The notes under the pieces: generated by a model
Seen by the model: only the letters and a program-made list of their open reading frames with translations
The model's database searches: none
What the model was told of the DNA's origin: nothing
In this document: positions 25,975-37,800 of the stretch, piece by piece
Numbering within the stretch: position 1 is the stretch's first letter
Layout of the letters: each line of letters starts with the position of its first letter
Assembly: GCA_002269645.1 (NCBI GenBank)
Contig: NIVC01001588.1
Span: forward strand, 115,204 to 179,203
DNA: 64,000 nt
Direction: 5' to 3'
From: Macrostomum lignano
Taxonomy: Eukaryota
Program-made: the position numbers and the translations under genes

Positions 25975-26260
25975 CCCCCAATAAGTCCATTGACATATCA
26001 GTTATTTCCCCAATAAGTCCATTGACATCTCAGCCATTCCCCCAATGAGTCCATTGACATCTCAGCCATTCCCCCAATGAGTCCATTGACATCTCAGCCA
26101 TTCGCCCAATGAGTCCATTGACGTCTCAGCCATTCCCCCAATAAGTCCATTGACGTCTCAGCCATTCCCCCAATGAGTCTTGACATCCCAGCCATTCGCC
26201 CAATGAGTCCATTGACATCTCAGCAATTTCCCACATGAGCCTTGACAACTCAGCAATCCT
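25975..26260 (+). repeat. ~32-bp minisatellite
   Basis: CCCAATGAGTCCATTGACATCTCAGCCATTCC, about 8 copies. Confidence 0.9.
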
Positions 26261-27534
26261 GTAAGTCTTTTACCTGATGCTGATTTTTTGATTGACACGA
26301 CGCTTCCTTTATGTTTGACATGACGTTTCTTTTTTGTTGACATGATGATTGCATGTTTTTTCTTTGTTTCGTTGAGTTTCCTTCATTTGAAAAAAAATTT
26401 TTTTTTTAATAATTTACATCTCTATAAAAATTCGAACCCATGTCGCTGCATAAGCAGTTCAGTAAATTCACATTTAGGCTTAGCTCTCATGAAGTCGATG
26501 GCATGAATTGAAGCATACATTCAATACAATACATTGAATTCAGCACTCACCTCCACAAGTCCGTTATAGCAAAAGTCGCAGCAAGTAGTTATGACGTAAT
26601 CGATTTCGCAATCAGTCAGTATCAGTCCCCAATTAAGCTAACCATATGGTTACACAATTACGCAAAATTATTTGCTCTTAAATTCCATGGCAATGCATTT
26701 CGGTCATCCTAAGAGGGCAGCTTGTGGAGACGTCAGTTATATTTGTATTTGAAAACAACACGATTTACAGTTAAAATTTCGGCAACAGGAAGTCAGGTTT
26801 AGATAGAGTAGGGCCAGAGGGATCAGAGATAGAGAGAAGGGGGTGCATGCAATCCAGAACACGTTGAGTTGGCGACTGAGGCAATTGAGTTCGAAGATCA
26901 ATTTTGCAGACAGCATGTGTTGATGACCTGATGACGGTTTACATCTGGCAACATGCCGCCAACACTACAGCGTGATCAAACAGTTTCAAGCTTTAGCATA
27001 TATACAATAGAATGCAACGTGTCGTGGGCGCACGCTACGTACATTGGCAATGAGTAGAATAAATTTAAAGTTCGCAGATACGCGACGTGAGTCAGTGATA
27101 GTAAATGAGCACAGCCAAGCGGCGCTACACAGTATGTAGCCCTTAAAAAGCTTGTCATAAAATTTTCAAGCAATGTTGTGCACCTTGCAATTTACCAGCT
27201 AGAGCAAAAGTACAGACTCTTTTATCACCACATGACGAATACAAAAATAATTCTAGCTGACAAATATGAATTCAGGCGGTCGGTGGTTGGCCGCGTCAAG
27301 CATACAAGTGCAGTTCGGATTTTGAATAAATAGTTGTGAAACGCGTGAGCTGGCCCTTTGATACTTGCAATTCGAAAGGTTGCATGCAGTTTTAAGGTGC
27401 AGAAACTCGAAACGTAAAAATTTCCACGTGAACAAAAACCTCTACAAGTTTTGCCTGAGTAAAAGTGAGCATCAGCTTTGGCATCGAGTCTAGAAATTGC
27501 TACCCGCGTAAGTCTACCTGTCTATCGCGAATCA

Positions 27535-28240
27535 ATGACGCACCTGCTATCGAGTATTGACAAGACGGCCCTCAGCATCGGTCTCCCTGTTGCACTGCTC
27601 GGTTGCTACGGGGCCTATCAATGGTACCGGTCGAGAGACCTGCCCCCAGGTCCTATTGGGCTTCCCATTGTTGGTCGATTCCCGTGGCTGGATCCGAATC
27701 AGCTGCACCTATGCGTCGAACAAATGTCAAAAAGTTACGGCGACGTGATTTCGTTTCGAATGGGATCCAAGCTAATGGTAGCAGTTTGTAACTATGACCT
27801 CATCAGGCAGATCAGGCAGGTTAGACCCCAGGTTTCTCTCTCTCGCCGCTGTCGGAGTCTTCCATCGCGCAAAGAGCGAAGCCGTCTTCCATGGATACAG
27901 AATTCCCAAGGATACGATCATCATACCTTGTGTGTATGTTTCTAACCACGATCCTCGAATCTGGGCCAAGCCGGACGAGTTTTATCCTGAGCACTTCCTC
28001 GACCAGAATGGAGTCTTCACTGGCACAGGCAAGAACGTCCCTTTTCTCATTGGTCGACGAGCTTGTGCAGGAGAGGGTCTGGCTCGGATGGAGGTATTCC
28101 TCATGTTCACCGCCATCATGCAGCGCTACCGGGTCTCCCTGGATCCGGAGTTCGTCGGCAAGGAAGCTGAGATCCTCAAAGGATCTCTTGGGGTGCTGCG
28201 AAAGCCCAGGGAGCACAAGCTTGTTTTCGAACGGCGTTAA
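27535..28240 (+). pseudogene. Cytochrome P450 (CYP2-clan-like) with large internal deletion and frameshift
   Basis: N-terminal membrane anchor + LPPGPIGLPIVG + YGDVISFRMG. It jumps at ~27820 to a C-terminal part in another frame: GYRIPKDT, HDPRIW..PDEFYPEHFL, heme motif FLIGRRACAG. The I-helix region is absent. Confidence 0.85.
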
Positions 28241-28590
28241 AATCTCATTGATTGGGCAGGCTACAGAGTGTTGATGACCAATTCAATGTGACTTTTTAGA
28301 CTTTCGGTTCTGCTTCTATTTGCATGTTTAACATTCCAACCAAGCCTCTTTGCGTTGAGCAACCGTCAGAAAGCTAGGTTGCAGACAATCAAGTTTATTC
28401 CTTTCTTTCTGTGCCTCGTTAAACGAACAGGTCTTTTGTTCAAATCTTGCTAGCACCTGCTTTATTGCATGGTTTCCAACTTAATCGTTGCTTGACAAAT
28501 ATCGATATATTATCCCAAGAAAGTATATGATAACACACTAGTAAGCATTCACTATGATGTATAAAACTAGCCAGTAAGGAGCTTCAGACT

Positions 28591-28930
28591 GACTGATTTA
28601 AAATTTTGAAGCTATTCAACTTTGATTGTTAATTCTCTCGAAAACTGAGTATGACTGATTTAAAATTTTGAAGCCATTCAGCTTTGATTGTTAATTCTCT
28701 CGAAAACTTAGTATGACTGATTTAAAATTTTGAAGCTATTCAGCTTTGATTGTTAATTCTCTCGAAAACTGAGTATGACTGATTTAAAATTTTGAAGCCA
28801 TTCAGCTTTGATTGTTAATTCTCTCGAAAACTGAGTATGACTGATTTAAAATTTTGAAGCTATTCAGCTTTGATTGTTAATTCTCTCGAAAGCTGAGTAT
28901 GACTGATTTAAAATTTTGAAGCCATTCAGC
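28591..28930 (+). repeat. 62-bp minisatellite
   Basis: GACTGATTTAAAATTTTGAAG..GAAAACTGAGTAT starts at 28591, 28653, 28715 and onward; about 5.5 copies. Confidence 0.95.
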
Positions 28931-30064
28931 TAAACAGCCGAAAATAAATTGTTACAAAAATGAATTCCAAAGCTTCATCTCTTGTTTTAAAATGCATGAA
29001 AAACCAATTCACTTTTGCTTAGATTTACGCCGCTGGCATTTTGGGAAAGCTGAAAGCTGTTTACTAAATTAGAGCAACCGCTGAAAGTGGGCGAGTGCTG
29101 CTGTTGGTTCTGCAAATGTCAGCACTCTTGCCATGGCACTGCCACGCTGGCACTGCCCTCGTGGCACACTCGAGACCAGTGTCTCATTGAGATAAGATAA
29201 TCAGTAAGAGAGAAAGCTGTCTCATATGCTCAGCATTCTTAATTGTACAAATTGCAGTGCAAAGAGAGGCCCCGTTGGAAGCCAAGGTTACGGTGAGAGC
29301 GCAGGCGTTGGAAGCAAAGTAAACAAAAGCCTTATTGTAAACAAGCAGATTGATGCCAACTTAGAACTATGCTATGCTAATTTTTCTTTTATAGTCGTAG
29401 TAGCCGATTTGAACGACACTTCTAACAAGCCATACTTGCTATAGTTGTCATATAGCCTTAAGTGTTTCGATATTTATTTTTCAATGATGTGAGGCCATCA
29501 CATCACCGAAAATAAAAAAACTGAAATATTGAAGCGCTTTTTTGATGTGAAACAAGGAGAGAGAGAGAGATGGATAGGAAAGGAAAGAGGCGGCAGGGAG
29601 GAGAGAGGAGATCGAGGCCGTTTGGGAAGTCCGTTGCCCTCCCGCAATTATAAAATGCATACAAAAGTGATATTTTTGCAAAGGTGCAACAAGGGTGCAA
29701 AGTCATTGGAAGCATTAGCAAGACTAATTAGCAAGATTGCTAATACTTCTCTGGGAGTTTATGGAGAACAGAATGTGACCGTATTATTTGATCAGCAAAA
29801 TTTATATACGAGTATACGAGTATATTAGCCGCATTTCATAAATCTAGATATATCAGTACTTCGATCCAGTAAAAAGAATATACAGTTGTGTGCACAGTAA
29901 TACACGTTCTTTCCTCGACTGCTTCTTTCTGTCTTGCTTCTCAAAATTTTGACTCGGAAAATTGCCAACTTACTGCATGTGGCCGAACCACTACAGGATT
30001 TTTACCACAGAAGTTCAACTAAAAAAATATTTAAAGACAGATTACCACTAGCAGGCAGTGCTAG

Positions 30065-30260
30065 GAATGCCCTTTCTGCCTCTCCGGTGTCGAGAATGCG
30101 GAGCACTTCATCTGTGAATGCCCCGCCTTTACTCAGGACAGGCTCACCTACCTCGGTCCAAACCCGGACCTCCGACGTTTTCAGGCCCGAGAATCTCTGC
30201 CAGCTCGTCCGCTACCTACGGGCTACTGGGCGAGCGAACATCCACCTACTGGACTCTCCG
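30065..30260 (+). mobile_element. 3' remnant of a non-LTR retrotransposon (C-terminal CCHC finger)
   Basis: [31 protein letters not shown], then frameshifted [20 protein letters not shown]; typical LINE ORF2 C-terminus. Confidence 0.65.
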
Positions 30261-31374
30261 GAGGGGGACCGCGCTGCGGACATCGGCACCACCGGATCTC
30301 CCTGCGCGACACCGCAGCACCAGCTGCCCGTGGTTGCCAGGGGTTGGCAGAATGGGCGGCAATGCCTCCTCGCTGCATCCGGATGCCCGGAGCCCCCTGC
30401 AGCTGAGTCAAGGCAGTCAAACGACATGTAGATTTTAAAGTCGCTATCAGTAGTATCCTTAGGAATAAGATGTTTAAAGAAAAAAGCACCAGCCTTGAAA
30501 ACCAGTCATCGAGCCTCAGATATCTGCAGCAACCCCTGTGAGCTTTGGCATTAAACACTTGCTGATTAAAAACTCACATACTTTTGCATCCAATCTAAAT
30601 AATCTTTATCTCTGGCTCAGTGTAAAATAAAATGCACACACCTGAACAGAATTAACATCAATTAACTACAAATCGGGAGGCCGAGCTCCGTCACTTCTCA
30701 AGACCGTTTTCAATTTCAAAGTGCTGTAATTTTGTATTCAACAGGCATTACAACCTTTTTTTGAGCATGAAAACAAACAGACAAGTACAATAGCGTAAGA
30801 GCGAATACGAGAATATGTTACAAAAAATTCACCGCGAATGCGTACAGTGCTACTTACAGTTAGTTAAAGTATTGTGTTTCAAAGCAGCAAAATTTGAAGA
30901 GAAACTAAGGAATGATTTTGTGGGACGGCAGTACTGCATGGAAAAATACATTTGCATTTAAACGGGGTAATTTTTATGCTAGAGAAGATGCTTACTCATC
31001 GTAGTAGTTCAAGGGCGTGAAGCCGTACAAAAATACTCTCTAATTAGTGACAAATAAAAATTCAACTATTGGCTCCCCTGAGGCTTGTCAGCGGGGCAAA
31101 ACTAGAAGTACAAGCATTGAAACTACTTAGAGTAGATGAAAACAGTAGAAAAGTTATATTCCGGTTAACACAACTCGTATACAGGACAGAAATATCAAAT
31201 CAAAGCAAATAAAAAGCTGCGCAAAACTTTTCCAACGCAAACGAAGACGAATGAGAGCTGAGAGATTAATATTTAATGAGATGCTAGTCAGGAAATTAGT
31301 TTGTCTTATTAAGACTTTTATCCCAGATTAGCGTTGATTGGTTAAATCGTATCCAGAGCCCTTTGCCTCCAAAC

Positions 31375-31750
31375 AATCGCTGATTGGCTGGGCGGCCTCG
31401 TAAACAGACTAGACTAGGCCCTCGCCTATGATTGGCTGGCCTCGCAACGAGTCTAGACCCCTTACTCCAACCTCTGCTCTCAATAAATCGCTGATTGGTT
31501 GGCCTCGCAACGAGTCTAGACCCCTCACTCCAACCTCTGGCCCCAATTAATCGCTGATTGGTTGGCCTCGCAACGAGTCTAGACCCCTCACTCCAACCTC
31601 TGGCCCCAATTAATCGCTGATTGGTTGGCCTCGCAACGAGTCTAGACCCCTCACTCCAACCTCTGGCCCCAATTAATCGCTGATTGGTTGGCCTCGCAAC
31701 GAGTCTAGACCCCTCACTCCAACCTCTGCCCTTGATCAATCGCTGATTGG
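31375..31750 (+). repeat. 63-bp minisatellite downstream of CEP162 stop
   Basis: GCTGATTGGTTGGCCTCGCAACGAGTCTAGACCCC.., about 5.5 copies. Confidence 0.92.
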
Positions 31751-31807
31751 CTAGCCTAATTACCGGACTTTCACATCATATCTTATCAGTTCCGAAGGCA
31801 GATAAAG

Positions 31808-34800
31808 CTAGCCAGACAGTCCGCTCAGTGTGTCTTTCAGTCCGGGCGGCACCGGCAGGCTGACACCGCGCCTCTGTAGCTCTCGCAGCACCTCCAGTAT
31901 GAGATCCAGCTCGGCTCTGAACTGATCAATTTGACGCGCCCGAGTCTCCGCTAATTGGCGCCAGCGCGTCACCTCGGCTTGGGCGTCGGATCGCGCGGCG
32001 GCGCGAGTCTCCCTGAGCAGTTGCTCAACTCCGCGCTCGCGCTCTACGTGACGCGCCTCCAACTGTTTGATTCGATCGCGCAGCGCTACGAACTGCCGCA
32101 TCTGGGGCGTGTGCGCGCCGCGCTCGTCCGCCAGAACGGCCCGAAGTTCGGCAACCTCGGCGGCCAGTTCGCGTTCTCGCTGGCGAAGCTGCTCGGCCGG
32201 CTCGGCAGCAGACGATGACGCCGCCGTCTGGGCTTTGAGATGCTCGATGACGGCCTCTTGAGAGTCCAGGCGAGCCTTCAGTGTAACATTTGAGATCGAA
32301 TTCGGAAAGCTATTTGAATACCAAACTTGGAATCTTTAAGTTTTAGCTATACTTTCAGTAAATCGGTCATAGTCAACTCTGAGAATGAAAAAAAATAAAT
32401 GTTGGTGAAGTAACTCAACGATATTTGATGCTCAAAATTTTACATTCTACAAGGGTGAAAAACTTAAAAATGAATATGATACACACATACCCGATGGGAA
32501 AAGGGCAGCCTCTAATTTTTACCCTAGCCTCAAACGCAGCCTCGAATGAACCTCAAAGTGGATTTTTTGAGGCTGTTTAGATGCTAGCCTCAAAAATAAT
32601 CTTTAACCTCAAAAGAGATTGTATTTGATGCTGGATTTGAGGCTAGAGTAGAGGTTCAAATTAGAGTCTGAGATAGAGGCTAGATTCGAGGCTGGATTAG
32701 AGGCTTTTTTTGAGCCTGGATTTGACGTTTAATTTAGAGGCTAAATTCGAGGCTGGATTAGAGGCTTTATTTGAGCCTGGATTTGATGTTTAATTTAGAG
32801 GCTAAATTCGAGGCTGGATTAGAGACTTTATTTGAGCCTGGATTTGACGTTTAATTTAGAGGCTAAATTCGAGGCTGGATTAGAGGCTGGATTAGAGACT
32901 GAATTAGAGGCTGTATTAGAGACTGAATTAGAGGCTGGATTAGAGACTGGATTCGAGGCTGGATTAGAGACTGGATTCGAGGCTCAATTAGAGGCTGGAT
33001 TAGAGGCTGTATTAGAGACTGAATTAGAGGCTGGATTAGAGACTGGATTCGAGGCTGGATTAGAGACTGGATTCGAGGCTCAATTAGAGGCTGGATTAGA
33101 GGCTGTATTAGAGACTGAATTAGAGGCTGGATTAGAGACTGGATTCGAGGCTGGATTAGAGACTGGATTCGAGGCTCAATTAGAGGCTGGATTAGAGGCT
33201 GTATTAGAGACTGAATTAGAGGCTGGATTAGAGACTGGATTCGAGGCTCAATTAGAGACTGGATTCGAGGCTCAATTAGAGGCTGGATTAGAGGCTGGAT
33301 TAGAGACTGAATTAGAGGCTGGATTAGAGACTGGATTCGAGGCTCAATTAGAGACTGGATTCGAGGCTCAATTAGAGGCTGGATTAGAGGCTGTATTAGA
33401 GACTGAATTAGAGGCTGGATTAGAGACTGGATTCGAGGCTGGATTAGAGACTGGATTCGAGGCTCAATTAGAGGCTGGATTAGAGGCTGTATTAGAGACT
33501 GAATTAGAGGCTGGATTAGAGACTGGATTCGAGGCTCAATTAGAGACTGGATTCGAGGCTCAATTAGAGGCTGGATTAGAGGCTGGATTAGAGACTGGAT
33601 TCGAGGCTAAATTTGAGGCTGGATTAGAGGCTGGATTAGAGACTGGATTCGAGGCTAAATTTGAGGCTGTATTAGAGACTGGGTTAGAGGCTGGAATATT
33701 CCGCTGGGACCCGTCGCCTGATGTCGTGCGCCTGATGGAGGATCCTTTCTGCAGCGACGATGAATCGGACGCTGCTGCATACACAGTCGGCACCGACAAA
33801 ATCCTGGGCACGTGCCTTGTGAGCAGAACGCATATTGCTCTGATGCCGTTCTCGCAGCTGAATTATTCGTAGGCTAGCGGTCTTTTTATCTTTCTCGCTT
33901 TCTTTCTCCGTTTTTTGTCTTTTTCTTGCTAGCTGGCGCACCAAGCAGTGTTATATTTAAAATTTTATGCAAATGTAAATACATTGTAAATATGCTGTGT
34001 CGCGTGTTGCTTATTTGAACATAATTTAATTTCAGGTTGCAAGAATTAAAGTTCCACAAGCTATTCAGCGAATCCCACGCCGACTTTCTGAGTTGAAAAG
34101 GTTCCGTGGACACTAATACGAGGCCTGGCTTCTAGTGTATGGCCCTATGGTATTAGATTCATTCCTTGAGGTTCGCTACAGCGATCATTTAAATTTATTT
34201 AAAGTGCTTTCGTCCACGATGTTCTGGCTTAGCCTTCAGAACGGGCCAAAAAGTGAGTTACCTCACGTGCGTACTACACTCCGATACGTGTTTGCAGCGC
34301 TGGCTCGCCTGTACTCCGTTCGAGCGCAGTCTTACAATGCTCATCAAGTGTGCAGTCATATGACGGACTACGCATATCTAGCTGGACCTGTGCACCAACA
34401 GTCTGCTGGACTCATGGAGTCGATGCACTGCCGTCTCAAAACGCTTCTACATGGTTCTCGCTTGCTTGACGTCGAGCTGGTGAACACTGTCGAACGGCAG
34501 CTTGCGGCTGACCAAGATTTTGCATGCGTGTCTCGCCTGGAAGCGTCAGCGAATACAAGACCGTGCCGTGCGTTCCGACGCTTCGGAAGTGTTGTGGCGC
34601 AACGAAAGAGACAAACTCAAGGGCGATTTTGGATGGCTGCTGAATTCGACAATGGACTGTTTGTCGAGACATTTAAATTGCAAATGCGCAACCGTCGTCG
34701 CGTCTCCTGTTTTGTAGCCATACAACATCGCGAAGACCTATCTTTTGAATTCCTTCGTTTGAAATCCATTGTCAACACAGATGATGGTCGGCTGTGCGTT

Positions 34801-37800
34801 GCTGTGCAAAATGTCGCAGTGGAAGTTCCCCCCCCGCATTGGAGGAACCTCTCTATAAATTGTCAGGTGTTCCTGATGAAGCTCAGGATCGTGGATGCCG
34901 GTTTGCTCATGTGCGTCGTCTTCTGTGTGATCCATTCGTTGACACTCTGCCTGAACCAACTCAAGAAGTCGACATCAATGAGATAGTTGGCTGCTGTGCG
35001 GTGTCCGAAACGCACATCGCGAGACCGAGGCCGTGTTGTAGTAGGCGAAACGTAAGAACTGATAATGGTACGAGGATTGTGTCATAAATTCGCTGACAAA
35101 TGTGACTATTAAACAAGTAAAAAAAGAAACTCTTAATAATCAATGTCACACTTCTCAACATAGTCACCCCGGAGCTGAACACATTTGTGCCATCTTTCAG
35201 GCAGCTTGTCGAGGCCCTGGGCGAAGAATTTTCTGGGGACACTTCGCAACCACTGGTTGATCGCAGAGCCAAAAGCAGAAAGGCTTCCATAGCAGTGACC
35301 ACGAAGTGGCTCTTTAATTTTCTCTAAGAGCACCCGCTGGATGTTCTCATCAGAGGTAGATGCTAGAGGTAGAGGTGGAGGTAGAAAGATACAGGATTTT
35401 CTGTCTTATATGAAGGCTAGAAGTAATATTTTCCATAGACATAACTGTCATGAGCCCTAGAGTCCTAGGCTAAAGTATAAACTCAAGTAAAAAAAATACA
35501 AAAGAAACTAGAGATGTTTGTCAGCGGATTTATGACACATCCCTCGTAAAAAGAAACGTGGTAGAGTTGCTCGCCTAATTATAGTGCACAGGCCTGGATT
35601 ATTGTGCACTGCGTGGATTATTGGGCACAGGCCCGGATTATTGTGCAGTGCCCGGATTATTGGATTGTATTCTACCGGTTTATTAGTGCATTAAATTCAC
35701 ATGTTTATAACATTTTTTACAAGGTTATTTCGTAGTCTTTGTGCTGTCATCTCCCCTTAAGCTGCCAATATTTTGTACCGATAAACTAAACTGCTCAACT
35801 GTGCTCAAATTCTGATCTATTTGATCTTATTGATTTTATCGGTTGATTGATGAGTCCTTAATTCACTTTTTATTGTAAATATACTGTCTTTGCTCCAATA
35901 ACTGCATGCTTAATTACTGCTGTTACTGTTATTACTGTTCTCAATGAGCGCGGCCGTTGCTGTGCTGTACAAATTTTTGATTCTTCCATTTTTTAGTAAA
36001 TTTTACTCTACTAGCCAGATCCCCAGTTGCTGGGTCAGCCTTTCATTGACAATCTCGAAATCGCCAGCCTTTAATCCAGCCTCTAACTGAGCATCAAATC
36101 GCCAGCCTCTAATTCAGCCTCTAATTGAGCCTCTAACTGAGCATCAAATCGCCAGCCTCTAATTGAGCCTCTAATTGAGCCTCTAACTGAGCATCAAATC
36201 GCCAGCCTCTAATTGAGCCTCTAATTGAGCCTCTAACTGAGCATCAAATCGCCAGCCTCTAATTGAGCCTCTAATTGAGCCTCTAACTGAGCATCAAATC
36301 GCCAGCCTCTAATTGAGCCTCTAATTGAGCCTCTAACTGAGCATCAAATCGCCAGCCTCTAATTGAGCCTCTGACTGAGCATCAAATCGCCAGCCTCTAA
36401 TTGAGCCTCTGACTGAGCATCAAATCGCCAGCCTCTAATTGAGCCTCTAATTGAGCCTCTAACTGAGCATCAAATCGCCAGCCTCTAATTGAGCCTCCAA
36501 AACGAGCCTCAAATTGCCAGCCTCTAATTGAGCCTCCAATACGAGCCTCAAATTGCCAGCCTCTAATTGAGCCTCCAATACGAGCCTCAAATTGCAAGCA
36601 TCAAATCTGGGTCATTTTTAGAGGCTGCGACACCCAAGAGTCGAGCCTCTAACCCAGCCTCTAGCCTCCCATTGGTTTAGTGTAACCAAATAAAAAAAAT
36701 CATTAGAGGCTAGCACCAAAAAGTGAGCCTCCAACACCCCTCAAGATTTTCCATCGGGATATACAGATTCATTTATGATAGAACTAAACTGAAATATCTT
36801 GAAATATCCCAATGAAAAACGGTACCTAGGCCAAGAAGCGTCCTAGAGCCGCGCCCAGAGTCATCGCAAGTAACACAGATAAAATAGGAAAAAAGTGGCT
36901 ATAGACGACTTTACAACGATGATATTTTACGGTAATCACCAAAAAGTCACCAAAAGTCACCAAAAAGTCGTCAAAAAGTCAATTTGAGGCGTTTGAATGT
37001 GTGCTGCTCTGAAACGACTTTGGGACGACGCGCATGACTCTGGGGCCATAGAGTGGCATCTGAGGTGTGCTAGAACGGCTGTAGAAGCACCGAGCTGCGT
37101 GTGCGTCACCAGTCTACACGAGTTAGTAGAAAGTTAAGCGCTAACACAGCGATTTCTGGACGATTTTTTTTCGCGACTCTTACGATTCTACAATCAGTGC
37201 TCACGTGATGCGCTCGTGTGACTCAACAGTCGCCTCTGCATTGCATTGCAGTCGTTTGAGTCGTTAAAAAGTCACAAGAGTCGCCCCAAAGTCGCAAGAG
37301 TCACTAGTGAGTTGTTTTCAATGACTCATTAGCGATTCGTTCACGGTAAAGTTTACAGCAGGGAATAGGCTGCAAAGAATGCAACAGTTGCGTTAGAGTT
37401 ATGGAGCCACATAGAAAGTTTGCCAGCGTGTTTAGTGAAACCTTTCTAAACTTCGAACTTACTACTTAGAACCTAAGTTTATTTATGAATGCACCGCTAC
37501 GACCTCAGAGCTCTCGTTTGTCGTATCGTAGTCAATGGTGGCTGCTATTGACTGTTGCGCTCCTCTGCATGCGGTGTAACGTCGAGATCAGGGCCTTTCA
37601 TGTCCCTGGTGCTTTCCAAGTGTTTAGTGACCCGGGTTCTAGACTCCATACTCGCGAAGGCCTCCTGAACTTTGCTCGAGAACTTCTCCGCCGCCGAATT
37701 TGCTTGTCATGCTGCCAGTTTCTGCTCTGCGCTTTTGCTTTTGTTTCAGGTCCGGCGCTGCCGCCTCACCGCGTCACCGGGCCGCTCCGCTCTCTGCTCC

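Larger units (their letters stand above)
32490..36758 (+). mobile_element. CACTA/EnSpm (CMC) DNA transposon, internally decayed
   Basis: Termini CCCGATGG(G)AAAA / TTTTCCATCGGG with a 3-bp TSD ATA (32487-32489 / 36759-36761). Inverted subterminal GAGGCT arrays. Internal transposase C-terminal motif. Confidence 0.85.

Noticed and set aside
25632-26343. Basic exon MSTKKKRHVK.. with donor CAG|GTAAAA followed by a repeat-filled intron
   Set aside because: Both candidate downstream acceptors lead to a stop within a few codons; a coding model is not supportable.
32832-33872. 346-aa LEAGLETG-repeat protein
   Set aside because: It is a by-product of the CACTA subterminal array bounded by TIRs.
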